From Candidatus Latescibacterota bacterium (GTDB lineage Bacteria > Latescibacterota > UBA2968 > UBA8231), in the NCBI GenBank assembly GCA_965221775.1, contig CBDCSU010000006.1:1024001-1088000 (forward strand): a stretch of DNA of 64,000 nucleotides. The letters run 5' to 3'. Below the pieces are notes generated by a model. The model saw nothing but the letters and a program-made list of their open reading frames with translations, had not been told where the DNA came from and did not search any database. This document shows positions 46,979 to 55,861 of this stretch, piece by piece; position 1 is the stretch's first letter, and every line of letters begins with the position of its first letter. The translations under genes and the position numbers were made by a program.

Positions 46979-48313
46979 ATGGAACTGAGAGACGTGCAGA
47001 AATGGGTGAAGGACGACGGCATCGAGTACTTCCTGTGCTCCTTCGTCGAGATGGGCGGCATGCCCAAGGCCAAGCTGGTGCCGGCCACCAACCTTCAGGA
47101 CATGGCCGCCGAGGGCGCCGGCTTCGCCGGCTTCGCCGCCGGCAACATGGGCCAGGGACCCCACAGCCCCGAGCTGGCCAACATGCCCGACTTCGGCCAG
47201 GGGATGATCGTGCCCTGGCGGCCCAACATGGCCTGGGTCCCCGGCAACCTCGAGGTCGAGGGCGAGCCCTTCGACTACTGCCCGCGCACCATCCTCAACC
47301 GCCAGCTCGAGCGCGCCCGCGGTCTCGGCTACCGCTTCAACGTCGGCGTCGAGGCCGAGTTCATCCTCCTCGAGCGCGACGAGGACGGCCACTTCACCAC
47401 CAGCGATCCCTTCGACACCCTCGACAAGCCGTGCTACGACCTGGTCACCCTCAACCGCAACTTCGACCTCATGACCACCCTCATCGGCCACCTGCAGGCC
47501 CTCGGCTGGGGTCCCTACGCCAACGACCACGAGGACGCCAACTGCCAGTTCGAGATCAACTGGGAGTACTCCGACGCCCTGACCACCGCCGACCGCCACA
47601 CCTTCTACCGCTGGATGGTCAAGACCATGGCCGAGGAGCGCGGCCTCCACGCCACCTTCATGCCCAAGCCTTTCGGCGACCTCACCGGCTCGGGCGCCCA
47701 CTTCCACATGAGCCTGTGGGACACCGACAACGAGACCAACCTGTTCCTCGACGACAGCGACCCCAGCGGCCTGACCCAGATGGCCTACCACTTCATGGGC
47801 GGCGTCCTGGCCCACGCCAAGGCCCTCGTGGCGGTCACCGGTCCGCTGGTCAACAGCTACAAGCGCCTCACCCGCGGCGCCCCCCGCTCCGGCGCCAGCT
47901 GGGCCCCGGTGTACGTCACCTACGGCGGCTCCAACCGCACCCAGATGATCCGCATCCCGGCCCCCGGCCGCATCGAGAACCGCTGCGTCGACGGCGCCGC
48001 CAACCCCTACCTGGCCAGCGCCGTGCTGCTGGCCGCCGGCCTCGACGGCATCGAGAACCAGACCGACCCCGGCCGCCGCAACAACGAGAACCTCTACGAG
48101 CTGACCGAGGCGGAGCTGGCCGAGCGCGGCATCGACTACCTGCCCGCCACCCTGCGCGACGCCTGCGACGCCCTGGAGCAGGACGAGGTGGTCCGCGAGG
48201 CCCTCGGCCAGGAGTACTCCGGCTACTACCTGGAGTGCAAGCGCGAGGAGTGGGGGTCCTACCACCAGGCGGTCAGCGACTGGGAGCGGGAGACCTACCT
48301 GTCGGTGTTCTGA
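46979..48313 (+). CDS. gmaS: Gamma-glutamylmethylamide synthetase (GlnT/type III GS-like)
   Basis: KAKLVPA, GAGFAGFA, NDHEDANCQFE, ATFMPKPF and NRTQMIR motifs. Located after mgdABCD. Confidence 0.85.
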   Translation: MELRDVQKWVKDDGIEYFLCSFVEMGGMPKAKLVPATNLQDMAAEGAGFAGFAAGNMGQGPHSPELANMPDFGQGMIVPWRPNMAWVPGNLEVEGEPFDYCPRTILNRQLERARGLGYRFNVGVEAEFILLERDEDGHFTTSDPFDTLDKPCYDLVTLNRNFDLMTTLIGHLQALGWGPYANDHEDANCQFEINWEYSDALTTADRHTFYRWMVKTMAEERGLHATFMPKPFGDLTGSGAHFHMSLWDTDNETNLFLDDSDPSGLTQMAYHFMGGVLAHAKALVAVTGPLVNSYKRLTRGAPRSGASWAPVYVTYGGSNRTQMIRIPAPGRIENRCVDGAANPYLASAVLLAAGLDGIENQTDPGRRNNENLYELTEAELAERGIDYLPATLRDACDALEQDEVVREALGQEYSGYYLECKREEWGSYHQAVSDWERETYLSVF

Positions 48314-48317
48314 GGTG

Positions 48318-49397
48318 TCAGGATGACCCGTCCCGGACGAACTCCGCCTGGGGCTGGTCGTCGTACGCGGCCGTCAGGGAACCGGGGCCGGGCCCGTCCT
48401 CGACCGACAGGAGATCGTTGAGCAGCAGATCCCGCTCCTGGGAGGTCACCACGGAGAAGCCGTAGTTCCGGTTGACGTGCTTGAAGGCGCCTCCCTCGGC
48501 GAGCCTCCTCTCGGCGAACTCCACGTGGCGCTGCAGCCGCTGCCGGAGATGGCGGTTCGCGAACTCCGGCAGCGACAGCAGGAGACGCCGGGCCACCGGA
48601 AGCAGCGCCGGGTCCAGCTCCACCGAGACGGCGTTGCGCCCCGCGGCGAGGGCCGCCGCCGCGGTGATGCCGGTGCCCGCGAAGGGATCCAGGACCGTGT
48701 CTCCCTTCACCGAGTGCATGCAGACCAGCCGGTAGGCCAGTTCGAAGGGGAAGGCCGCGCTCCTGCGGCGGGACGCCTCGTCGACCAGCTCCTGCCCGGC
48801 CCCCGGGATGTCGAGCCAGACGTCCGAGAACCAGACGTTCCGCTCCTCCCAGAAGAAGGCGCTCTCCCGCCGCCGGCTCTTCGCCGCGGCCGTGCCGAAC
48901 TCCCGGCGCGGCCCCTTGCGGGCGATCAGGATATACTCGTGCTCGTAGGTCACGTAGGCCCCGGCGGGCAGCATCCCCGAGCCGAGGAACTTGCTCGGCG
49001 AGTTGTTCGGCTTGCGCCAGAGGATGTCGGGCAACAGGACGAAGCCGGCGCGCAGCAGGCCGGTCAGCACCCGTGAGTGGTTGGACCACAGGCGGAAGTC
49101 CCCGTTCAGGGTGCGGGTGGCGTCGCCGATGTTGATGCAGGCGATCCCCCCCGGCCGCAGGACGCGGTGGACCTCGGCCCAGGCGGCGTCGAGTAACTGG
49201 TGCATCAACTCGAAGGCCCGGGGGCCGTCACCGGCGGCCAGGGCCTCCCCGGCGCCGGGCCTCTGGCGGCCAAAGGCCTCGTCCCACATCTCGATCATGG
49301 GATACGGCGGCGAGGTGATCACCAGGTCCACCGATCCCTCGTCGAGGAAGCCGAGGTCGGCGGCGTCGCCGGAACCTATTGTCGCGCTTGCACGCAC
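48318..49397 (-). CDS. Beta-class amino DNA methyltransferase (N4-cytosine type), orphan
   Basis: Catalytic TSPPY precedes the SAM-binding VLDPFAGTG. GGAGG ribosome-binding site immediately after the mazF stop. Confidence 0.88.
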   Translation of the reverse strand: MRASATIGSGDAADLGFLDEGSVDLVITSPPYPMIEMWDEAFGRQRPGAGEALAAGDGPRAFELMHQLLDAAWAEVHRVLRPGGIACINIGDATRTLNGDFRLWSNHSRVLTGLLRAGFVLLPDILWRKPNNSPSKFLGSGMLPAGAYVTYEHEYILIARKGPRREFGTAAAKSRRRESAFFWEERNVWFSDVWLDIPGAGQELVDEASRRRSAAFPFELAYRLVCMHSVKGDTVLDPFAGTGITAAAALAAGRNAVSVELDPALLPVARRLLLSLPEFANRHLRQRLQRHVEFAERRLAEGGAFKHVNRNYGFSVVTSQERDLLLNDLLSVEDGPGPGSLTAAYDDQPQAEFVRDGSS

Positions 49398-49407
49398 TCG
49401 GCCTCCC

Positions 49408-49780
49408 TCATGGAGGGTTCGAAGGAACCTCCACCACCAGGCCGACGGCCAGCGCGACTTCGTCCATCAGGTCACCTGGCAAGCGCCCGATTCGCTTCTC
49501 GAACCGGCTCAGATCAAGACCTCTCAACTGCAGGGCATCGACGGCGCTCTTCTTCGCCAGGCCGTTCGACGGGTCCGGCTCCACGGGTACCAGCCAGTGG
49601 TTACGCTCGAAATCGTGGCTTCCAGGCCGTGATTGGCGCCACGAGCTTGATGGGCAGTTTCCCCAGGGCGTCGGAACTGAGGACGAGTGCCGGACGTTCC
49701 TTCCGCATCTCCGCCCCCCGGGTCGGGTTCAGCTGAACTCGCCATATCTCGCCGCGCCTGGGAGCCTGCTCAGTATTCAA
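49408..49780 (-). pseudogene. mazF: MazF/PemK-family endoribonuclease toxin split by a +1 frameshift (absent from the ORF track)
   Basis: TTG start at 49780: LNTEQAPRRGEIWRVQLNPTRGAEMRKERPALVLSSDALGKLPIKLVAPITAWKPRF, TAA at 49601-49603. The +1 frame continues ERNHWLVPVEPDPSNGLAKKSAVDALQLRGLDLSRFEKRIGRLPGDLMDEVALAVGLVVEVPSNPP*. Confidence 0.88.
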
Positions 49781-50945
49781 CGAACCGCTCCCCTGCGAGG
49801 GCCTGCCAATCGGGATCAGGCTGGTAGTCCTCCGCGATGCGATCGGCCTGCTCCTTGAGATGCCGCCGTCTCTCCTCGGCGGACATGGCGATCAGGACCC
49901 TGCGTTCAACGAGAGAAGGCGCAGGTTTCTTCGACACCGCCTCCCCAAGCATCTCCTCTCCCTCTCTCGTACTCAGCACCCCCTCCGACACCGCCCGAAG
50001 GACGTTCTGCCGAAGCCACATCGGCTGCTCCGGCTCGAGTGCCATCGGCTCCCCGCGTCGCCATCCCATCTTGTTGATGTCTACGCAGCCGGACTTGTAC
50101 TGGCCTTCGCTGATGATGCCCAGATCCCTCAGTCTGTACAGAAGGGCCTGGACGCTCATCCCGTAGCGTCTCTTCAGCAACAGCAGCTCCTGCAGGTCCA
50201 CGTGCCTTCGATGTGACCCCACGTCCCGCCGTACCGCTTCGGCCGGGGCCAGCATGGCGGCACCGAAGCGAAAGGCTGTCTTCTCCTCTTCGACTCCCTC
50301 GGCCAGCCGCAACACCAGATGGCCGAGCTCATGGGTCAGGCTCAAGCGCTGCCGTTCGCCTGGCAGCCCCTTCCGGATCACCACGGCTGCACCGAGCACA
50401 CGCGCCCTGCGACCGCGGGCCACGGCGGAGATCCCATCGAAGGCGTCCGACGCCTCCACCTCGATCACGTGGATGTGATGCTCTTCGAAGGTGTCGATCA
50501 CATTGGCGATGGGATCCTCGCCAAGGCCCCATGCGGATCGCACCTTCGCCGCGGCATCCTCGGCGTCCACGACACGCTCCACGGGGATCCGTGGCACAGA
50601 GCGCGCCGGGGCCGGCGTCAGGCCCAGCACGTCCTCCAGCCTCACCCGGTCTTCCAGATGGACGGTGGTGAGGTTTTCGATCCGCTCCATCTCTCTCCGG
50701 CCCATCCGCGCCTTTCGGCGGTAGGCCCGGATGTCGACCTGGATGGGATCGGCCTCGATCAGGCGCGCGGTGGTTACCTCCAGCGCCTTCGCCATGCTGC
50801 GGAGCACGCCCTGGCTCGGACGGCTCAGGTCGCGCTCGTACTTGGACAGAGCCTGCTTCGTGACGACCCCCCCCATCTCAGCCACGCACTGGTCCATCGA
50901 CAGCCCTCGGGCCAACCGCAGTTGACGGAGCCGACTTCCAAGCAT
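49770..50945 (-). CDS. XRE HTH plus ImmA/IrrE Zn-metallopeptidase fusion with an extra C-terminal tail
   Basis: LRQLRLARGLS...TKQALSKYE HTH, R..WGLG..PI, FDG, RQRLSLTHELGH (HExxH) and A.RF..A.LAP motifs. Confidence 0.92.
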   Translation of the reverse strand: MLGSRLRQLRLARGLSMDQCVAEMGGVVTKQALSKYERDLSRPSQGVLRSMAKALEVTTARLIEADPIQVDIRAYRRKARMGRREMERIENLTTVHLEDRVRLEDVLGLTPAPARSVPRIPVERVVDAEDAAAKVRSAWGLGEDPIANVIDTFEEHHIHVIEVEASDAFDGISAVARGRRARVLGAAVVIRKGLPGERQRLSLTHELGHLVLRLAEGVEEEKTAFRFGAAMLAPAEAVRRDVGSHRRHVDLQELLLLKRRYGMSVQALLYRLRDLGIISEGQYKSGCVDINKMGWRRGEPMALEPEQPMWLRQNVLRAVSEGVLSTREGEEMLGEAVSKKPAPSLVERRVLIAMSAEERRRHLKEQADRIAEDYQPDPDWQALAGERFVEY

Positions 50946-50991
50946 CCGAACCTCTTTCTGACGATGGGTGTGTGAATCCTCGCGATGGGGG

Positions 50992-51034
50992 GCGGTTGAC
51001 AACTCTACCGAGAAACGTGAGTTGCGTCAACCGC
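50992..51034 (-). promoter_or_regulatory. Promoter and candidate operator of the XRE-IrrE/mazF/MTase unit
   Basis: TTGACG-N17-TAGAGT (51030-51002) within the inverted repeat GCGGTTGAC-AACTC...GAGTT-GC-GTCAACCGC. Confidence 0.7.
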
Positions 51035-51063
51035 ACTGTGGGGGTCCGACGAGGATCTGTGCC

Positions 51064-52767
51064 TCAGAAGGGCAGCACCGGCAGCACCAACCGCGACGGC
51101 CGCCGGGCCGAGTGGTGCACGGCGTTGGCCGCCACCGCCAGTTCCGTGTCGGCCAGGTCGTTCTTCCCGGTGTTGTGGTTGCGGTCGTGGTTGGGGAAGT
51201 CGCTCGAGGTGATCTCGAGGCGGATGCGGTGGCCGGGGTCGAAGCGGCAGGCCGTCGGCCCGAGCTGAGTCCGCACCTCCACCACCTCCCCCGGTGACAG
51301 CAGCTCCTCCACGTCGAGGGAGTTGCGGTGGCGGAGGCGCACCATGCCGTAGCAGACCTCCAGGGCCCGCCCGGGAGCGGGATGCTCGTCCACCAGGCGG
51401 GCGAAGAAGTCGGTGTCCGGGGCGGAGGAGCTGACGAAGAGCACGGCCTCCGGGTAGCCGGCGATCTCCACCGCCTCGGCCAGCGGCTCGGTGCGGTAGC
51501 AGAGGATGTCCTCGCGGTCCTCCAGCCGGCGGCGGTCCGACGGCCCCGTGAACCAGTCCTTCGTCCACAGGGTCGGCACGGGGTCGCGGGGGTCGTAGTC
51601 GAAGCGGTCCACCTCGGCGCCCCCGGCGCCGCCATCCTCGGACAGCCGCCCGGTGCCGCCGAAGCCGGCGTCACCGCTACTGCCGAGGCGGTACTCCCGA
51701 GGCGTGGTCCCGGCTGGCGGCCAGGTGTCCGCCGAGCGCCAGCGGCCCCGCTTCCCGGCCATGACGAAGTAGCGCACCGCCGGCTCGCGGTCGACGCCGT
51801 TGTCGATGCCCTTCAGCCAGCGGTCGAACCAGCGGATGATCAGGTCGGGCAGGTTGAGCCCGGCCTGGGGGCCGAAGTCGACGCCGGCCACGGCGCGGCT
51901 GCCGAGGCCCGGGTGGTTCCAGGGGCCGGCGATCAGCCGGGTCTGGGACCGCGCCTTCTCGCTGCGGCCGTTGCGCTGCATGAGCTGCAGGTGCCGCATG
52001 GAGCCGTTGCAGTGGTCGTACCAGCCGCTGAAGTCGAGGTTCGGCACCTCCACCTCGCCGTGGACTTCGCCGAGCCGCCAGGGCCGCCGGTTCGGGTGCT
52101 CGAGCCAGTCCCGGGCATACTCCGCCAGACCCGGCGGCAGGTGCCGCGGGAAGTCGAGCCAGGGCAGGTACTCGACCCAGGGGGACTCGCCGTCGGCCTC
52201 GTCCCAGTCCCGCCGGGCCTCGGCCGGCGTGTGGGGCGGCGGCAGTCCCTGCCGGCGGCGCAGGTCCGGCGCCATGGAGGTGAGCCACCACTTGATCCGC
52301 CGCCCCGGCCGGAACCCGCCCGGCCAGTCGACCTCGGTCAGCTCCAGGGGGATGGTGTAGGCGCACATCGCCGCCAGGTGCGGCGGCCGCAGGCGCGCCA
52401 GCTGCCACTGCATCCAGGCGTCGTACGAGGCTCCGAGGGTGCCCACGCGGCCGTCGCACCAAGGCTGCGCCGCCAGCCACTCCACCGAGTCGTAGCCGTC
52501 CTCGGCGTCGCCCGTGCGCTCCACGGTGAAGGGCACCCAGTCGCCCTCGGAGCCGTAGCGGCCGCGCGAGTCCATGGAGACCACGGCATACCCGGCGCGC
52601 ACGTAGCGCTCGTAGCCGCCCTTCGAGCGGCCGTACGGCGTGCGGTGCAGGATCGCCGGGAAGGGCCCCCCGGCGTCGGGGCGGAAGAGGTGGGCCTCCA
52701 GGCGGACCCCGTCGCGCATGGGGACGCGCACGTCGGCCTCGGTGTGGATCCCGAGGGCACCGCTCAT
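51064..52767 (-). CDS. CocE/NonD family serine hydrolase
   Basis: VPMRDGVRL, RTPY, RGRYGSEG, GASY, GWYD, GPWNH and SSDFP motifs. Confidence 0.92.
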   Translation of the reverse strand: MSGALGIHTEADVRVPMRDGVRLEAHLFRPDAGGPFPAILHRTPYGRSKGGYERYVRAGYAVVSMDSRGRYGSEGDWVPFTVERTGDAEDGYDSVEWLAAQPWCDGRVGTLGASYDAWMQWQLARLRPPHLAAMCAYTIPLELTEVDWPGGFRPGRRIKWWLTSMAPDLRRRQGLPPPHTPAEARRDWDEADGESPWVEYLPWLDFPRHLPPGLAEYARDWLEHPNRRPWRLGEVHGEVEVPNLDFSGWYDHCNGSMRHLQLMQRNGRSEKARSQTRLIAGPWNHPGLGSRAVAGVDFGPQAGLNLPDLIIRWFDRWLKGIDNGVDREPAVRYFVMAGKRGRWRSADTWPPAGTTPREYRLGSSGDAGFGGTGRLSEDGGAGGAEVDRFDYDPRDPVPTLWTKDWFTGPSDRRRLEDREDILCYRTEPLAEAVEIAGYPEAVLFVSSSAPDTDFFARLVDEHPAPGRALEVCYGMVRLRHRNSLDVEELLSPGEVVEVRTQLGPTACRFDPGHRIRLEITSSDFPNHDRNHNTGKNDLADTELAVAANAVHHSARRPSRLVLPVLPF

Positions 52768-53074
52768 CGCATCGGCTCCGTGCTCGGATGGCTGGTCAAC
52801 CGCGGTGAATGGCGCGGCTTCCGCTCGTTCGCCCGGGCTGCAGCCGAGGCCCGCACGCCAAGGCGTTGCCGCGCAGCCGGTCGAATCACCTCTCAGGCCG
52901 GCCGCTGCCCGCACGCTAGGGCGGTTCCTCGCGCCCGGTCAAATCCCATGCGATCACCTTCGCGGGCGCCTCGGTGCTCGCGCGGCAACCCTTCCGCCCC
53001 TGGCAGATGACGAAAGGCCTGAGTTAGTTCTTGGTGTCCGCGCCCTGGCACTCCCTCCTCCGAAGAGACCCGCT

Positions 53075-55825
53075 ATGCGCCCCTTCCCGACCTCCCGGAT
53101 CTCCACCCTCCTGAGCCTGCTCGCCGCCGGCGCCGTCTCCGCCCAGGACTACGACGCCGACTATCCGCCCGGCACCCTGACCCCCACCATCGACCTGGGT
53201 CTGCAGAAGGTCGAGATCGAGGTGCCGGAGAAGTACCGCGACCGAGTCCCCGAGGGCCTGAGTGTCAACCTGCCGCCGGGCTTCCGTGCCCGGCTCTTCG
53301 CCGTGGTTCCGGGAGGTCCGCGGGACCTGCAGTTCAGCCCCGAAGGCGTGCTCCACGCCGTCACGCGGCGGGGCCAGGTCATGGCCCTGCCCGACCGCGA
53401 CGGCGACGGCGTCGCCGACGAGGAGACCGTCGTCCTCGGCGGACTGCGGACCTGCGACGCTCTGGCGTTCTACAAGGGGGAGATGTACGTCGGCGAGGAG
53501 CACCAGGTGATCCGGGCCATCGACGCCGACGGCGACGGCCTCTACGAGGAGACCGAGGTCCTCGTCGCCGACCTGCCCTACGAGGCCTGGCACGACACCA
53601 AGACGATCGTCTTCGACGAACAGAACGAGAAGCTCTACGTCAGCGTCGGCTCTCCCTGCGACCTGTGCCGCATGGAGCCCGGGCACCAGTTCGCCGGCGC
53701 CAGCACCACGGACGTGCTTCCCTACCGCCCCGAGCGCGGCACCGTCATGGAGTTCAACGCCGACGGCACGGGAGGACGCATCTTCGTCACCGGGGTGCGC
53801 AACGTCGTCGGCATGGACCTGCACCCGGTCACCAACGAGCTGTGGGGCACCAACAACGGCCACGACGAGGAGGGCCGCTCCCGCCCCCCGGAGTGGATCG
53901 ACGTGCTGCGCGACGGCGACTTCCAGGGCTACCCCTTCGTGCAGAGCCACCAGGTCTGGAACGACTTCACCATCTCCCGCTACCACCCGATGCTGCCGAT
54001 CACGCGCGAGGACACGCTGCTGGCGATGACCCAGAAGAAGCCGGCGGTCCTGGTGCCGGCGCACTGGGCGCCGATGCGCATCCACTTCTACACGGGCCAG
54101 CAGTTCCCCGCGAGGTACCGCAACGCCGCCTTCGTCGCCTTCCGCGCCGGCCGCGCCAAGCTCTCCTCCCACCCCGGGTACAAGGTGCAGGCCCTGTTCA
54201 GCGACCCCGACGGCTCCGAGGCCGTCATGGCCGACTTCGTCACCGGCTTCCAGACGGGAACCACCACCAGCAGCGTCTGGGGCTTCCCCCACGGCATCGC
54301 CAGCGACGCGGAGGGCAGCCTCTACGTCGGCAGCGACAACCGCACCACCGTGATCCTCAAGATCACCCACAGCCAGCTGCAGGGGGTCTGGGAGCACGAC
54401 CTGCCGGAGTCGGTCGGCCTCGCCGGGCGGGTGACGCTGCGCGGCACCGTGCGCCTCGAGCGCCTGGCGGAGGGCGGTGAGGAGCCGCGGGTGACCGCCG
54501 ACCTGAGCGCCCTCGGCGGTCCCGCCGAGGTGGAGCTGACGCCCCTGGGCGACGGGGAGTACGGCCTCGAGGTCGAGCTCGTCGCCGGCGAGGTCGGCCG
54601 CCGCGACATCGTCATCCGCGTCGAGCAGCGGGCCGGGGAGCGCACCGAGTCGCTGCGCTTCGCCAGCACCGTGTACGTCCTGCCCCCGATCTGGAGCCAC
54701 GACCTGCCCGCCGGCCTGACCCTCGGGGATCCCCTGGAGCTGCGGGCCACGGTGCGCATCGAGCCGCTGTCCGCCGACGGCGCGGACCCGCGGGTCACGG
54801 CGGACCTGTCGGCCATGGGCGGTCCTGCCGACGTGCCGTTGAGCCCGGCCGGCGGTGACGCGTACTCGCTGCGGGCCGTCGTCGACCTCGACGTGCCCCC
54901 CGGCACCTACCCGGTCCTCGTGCGCTTCGAGCAGGAGGTGGGGGGCGTCGTCTTCCGCCACGAGTTCCGCCACGACGTGGTGCTCTCGCCGCCCGACCTG
55001 CCGATCCTCGACGACGGCCTCGCCGGCGGCTGGCAGCTCCTCGGCGAGCAGGGCGCGCAGATCGTCGGTCCGACGGAGGCGGGACCCGTCTTCAACGGCC
55101 GCGAGTCGCTGGAGCTGCACCTGCAGCCCGAGAACTTCTGGACCCTCTGGCGGGCCACCGTGGTGCCGCCCTCCCCCGTGGACATCCAGGGCTTCGCCGG
55201 CCTGCGTCTCGTCCTCCACGCCGGCGCCGCCGCCATGCCCGGTCCCGCGGCCCTGTCGGTGGTCGTCGACGATCTCTCCGTCGACCTGCTGCGCCCGCCG
55301 TACGAGGTCGTCCCCGGAGACCCGGGGTGGCAGGTCGTGGAGATCGACTTCGACGCCTTCACCGTGGAGAACAGGTACGGCGGCCAGGACCGTATCGTCG
55401 AGGAGGTCGACGCGATCGTGCTTCGCGGCTCCATGGCCGGCACCCTCTACCTGGACGACGTGCGTCTCGTCACCCGCATCCCGGCGGCGCCCCCGGAGCC
55501 GCCGGAGGCGACCTCGGTGAGCGTGAGCCCCGACGACGGAGCGCCGCGGGCCTACTCGCTGGGTCCGAGCTACCCGAACCCCTTCAACGCCGGGACCGTG
55601 GTGCTCTTCGACCTGCCCGAGGCCGCCGAGGCCCGGCTGTCCGTGTACAACCTCGCCGGGCAGCGGGTCGTGGAGCTGGTCAGCGGCCGCCGCGAGGCCG
55701 GCACCCACCGCGTGAGCTGGGACGGGCGCGATGGGTCGGGAGGAGCGCTGGCTTCGGGGGTGTACCTGGTGCGCCTGACCGCCGGGAGCTGGATCGGCAC
55801 GGAGAAGCTGTTGCTGCTGCGCTGA
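53075..55825 (+). CDS. Secreted glucose/sorbosone dehydrogenase-like beta-propeller with two Ig-like repeats, a CBM-like domain and an FlgD/Ig C-terminal domain
   Basis: Signal peptide, LYVSVGS, GVRNVVG, GYP and H.AP motifs, duplicated VTADLSA(L/M)GG unit, LYLDDVRL, and YPNPFN...WDGRD..G..LASGVY. Confidence 0.82.
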   Translation: MRPFPTSRISTLLSLLAAGAVSAQDYDADYPPGTLTPTIDLGLQKVEIEVPEKYRDRVPEGLSVNLPPGFRARLFAVVPGGPRDLQFSPEGVLHAVTRRGQVMALPDRDGDGVADEETVVLGGLRTCDALAFYKGEMYVGEEHQVIRAIDADGDGLYEETEVLVADLPYEAWHDTKTIVFDEQNEKLYVSVGSPCDLCRMEPGHQFAGASTTDVLPYRPERGTVMEFNADGTGGRIFVTGVRNVVGMDLHPVTNELWGTNNGHDEEGRSRPPEWIDVLRDGDFQGYPFVQSHQVWNDFTISRYHPMLPITREDTLLAMTQKKPAVLVPAHWAPMRIHFYTGQQFPARYRNAAFVAFRAGRAKLSSHPGYKVQALFSDPDGSEAVMADFVTGFQTGTTTSSVWGFPHGIASDAEGSLYVGSDNRTTVILKITHSQLQGVWEHDLPESVGLAGRVTLRGTVRLERLAEGGEEPRVTADLSALGGPAEVELTPLGDGEYGLEVELVAGEVGRRDIVIRVEQRAGERTESLRFASTVYVLPPIWSHDLPAGLTLGDPLELRATVRIEPLSADGADPRVTADLSAMGGPADVPLSPAGGDAYSLRAVVDLDVPPGTYPVLVRFEQEVGGVVFRHEFRHDVVLSPPDLPILDDGLAGGWQLLGEQGAQIVGPTEAGPVFNGRESLELHLQPENFWTLWRATVVPPSPVDIQGFAGLRLVLHAGAAAMPGPAALSVVVDDLSVDLLRPPYEVVPGDPGWQVVEIDFDAFTVENRYGGQDRIVEEVDAIVLRGSMAGTLYLDDVRLVTRIPAAPPEPPEATSVSVSPDDGAPRAYSLGPSYPNPFNAGTVVLFDLPEAAEARLSVYNLAGQRVVELVSGRREAGTHRVSWDGRDGSGGALASGVYLVRLTAGSWIGTEKLLLLR

Positions 55826-55861
55826 CGCCTCGCCCTGCGGTGAGGCCCCCGTCGGCGGGCC

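Noticed and set aside
46979-48313. Housekeeping glutamine synthetase glnA
   Set aside because: The GAGFAGFA/GlnT-type signature and the mgd/mgs context favour GmaS.
48318-49397. Complete type II restriction-modification system
   Set aside because: No adjacent ORF could encode a restriction endonuclease. The neighbours are gmaS and mazF.
52840-52900. Possible glycine riboswitch (CTCTCAGG)
   Set aside because: No upstream GGAGA or intact CCGAAG element, and the downstream gene is unrelated to glycine metabolism.
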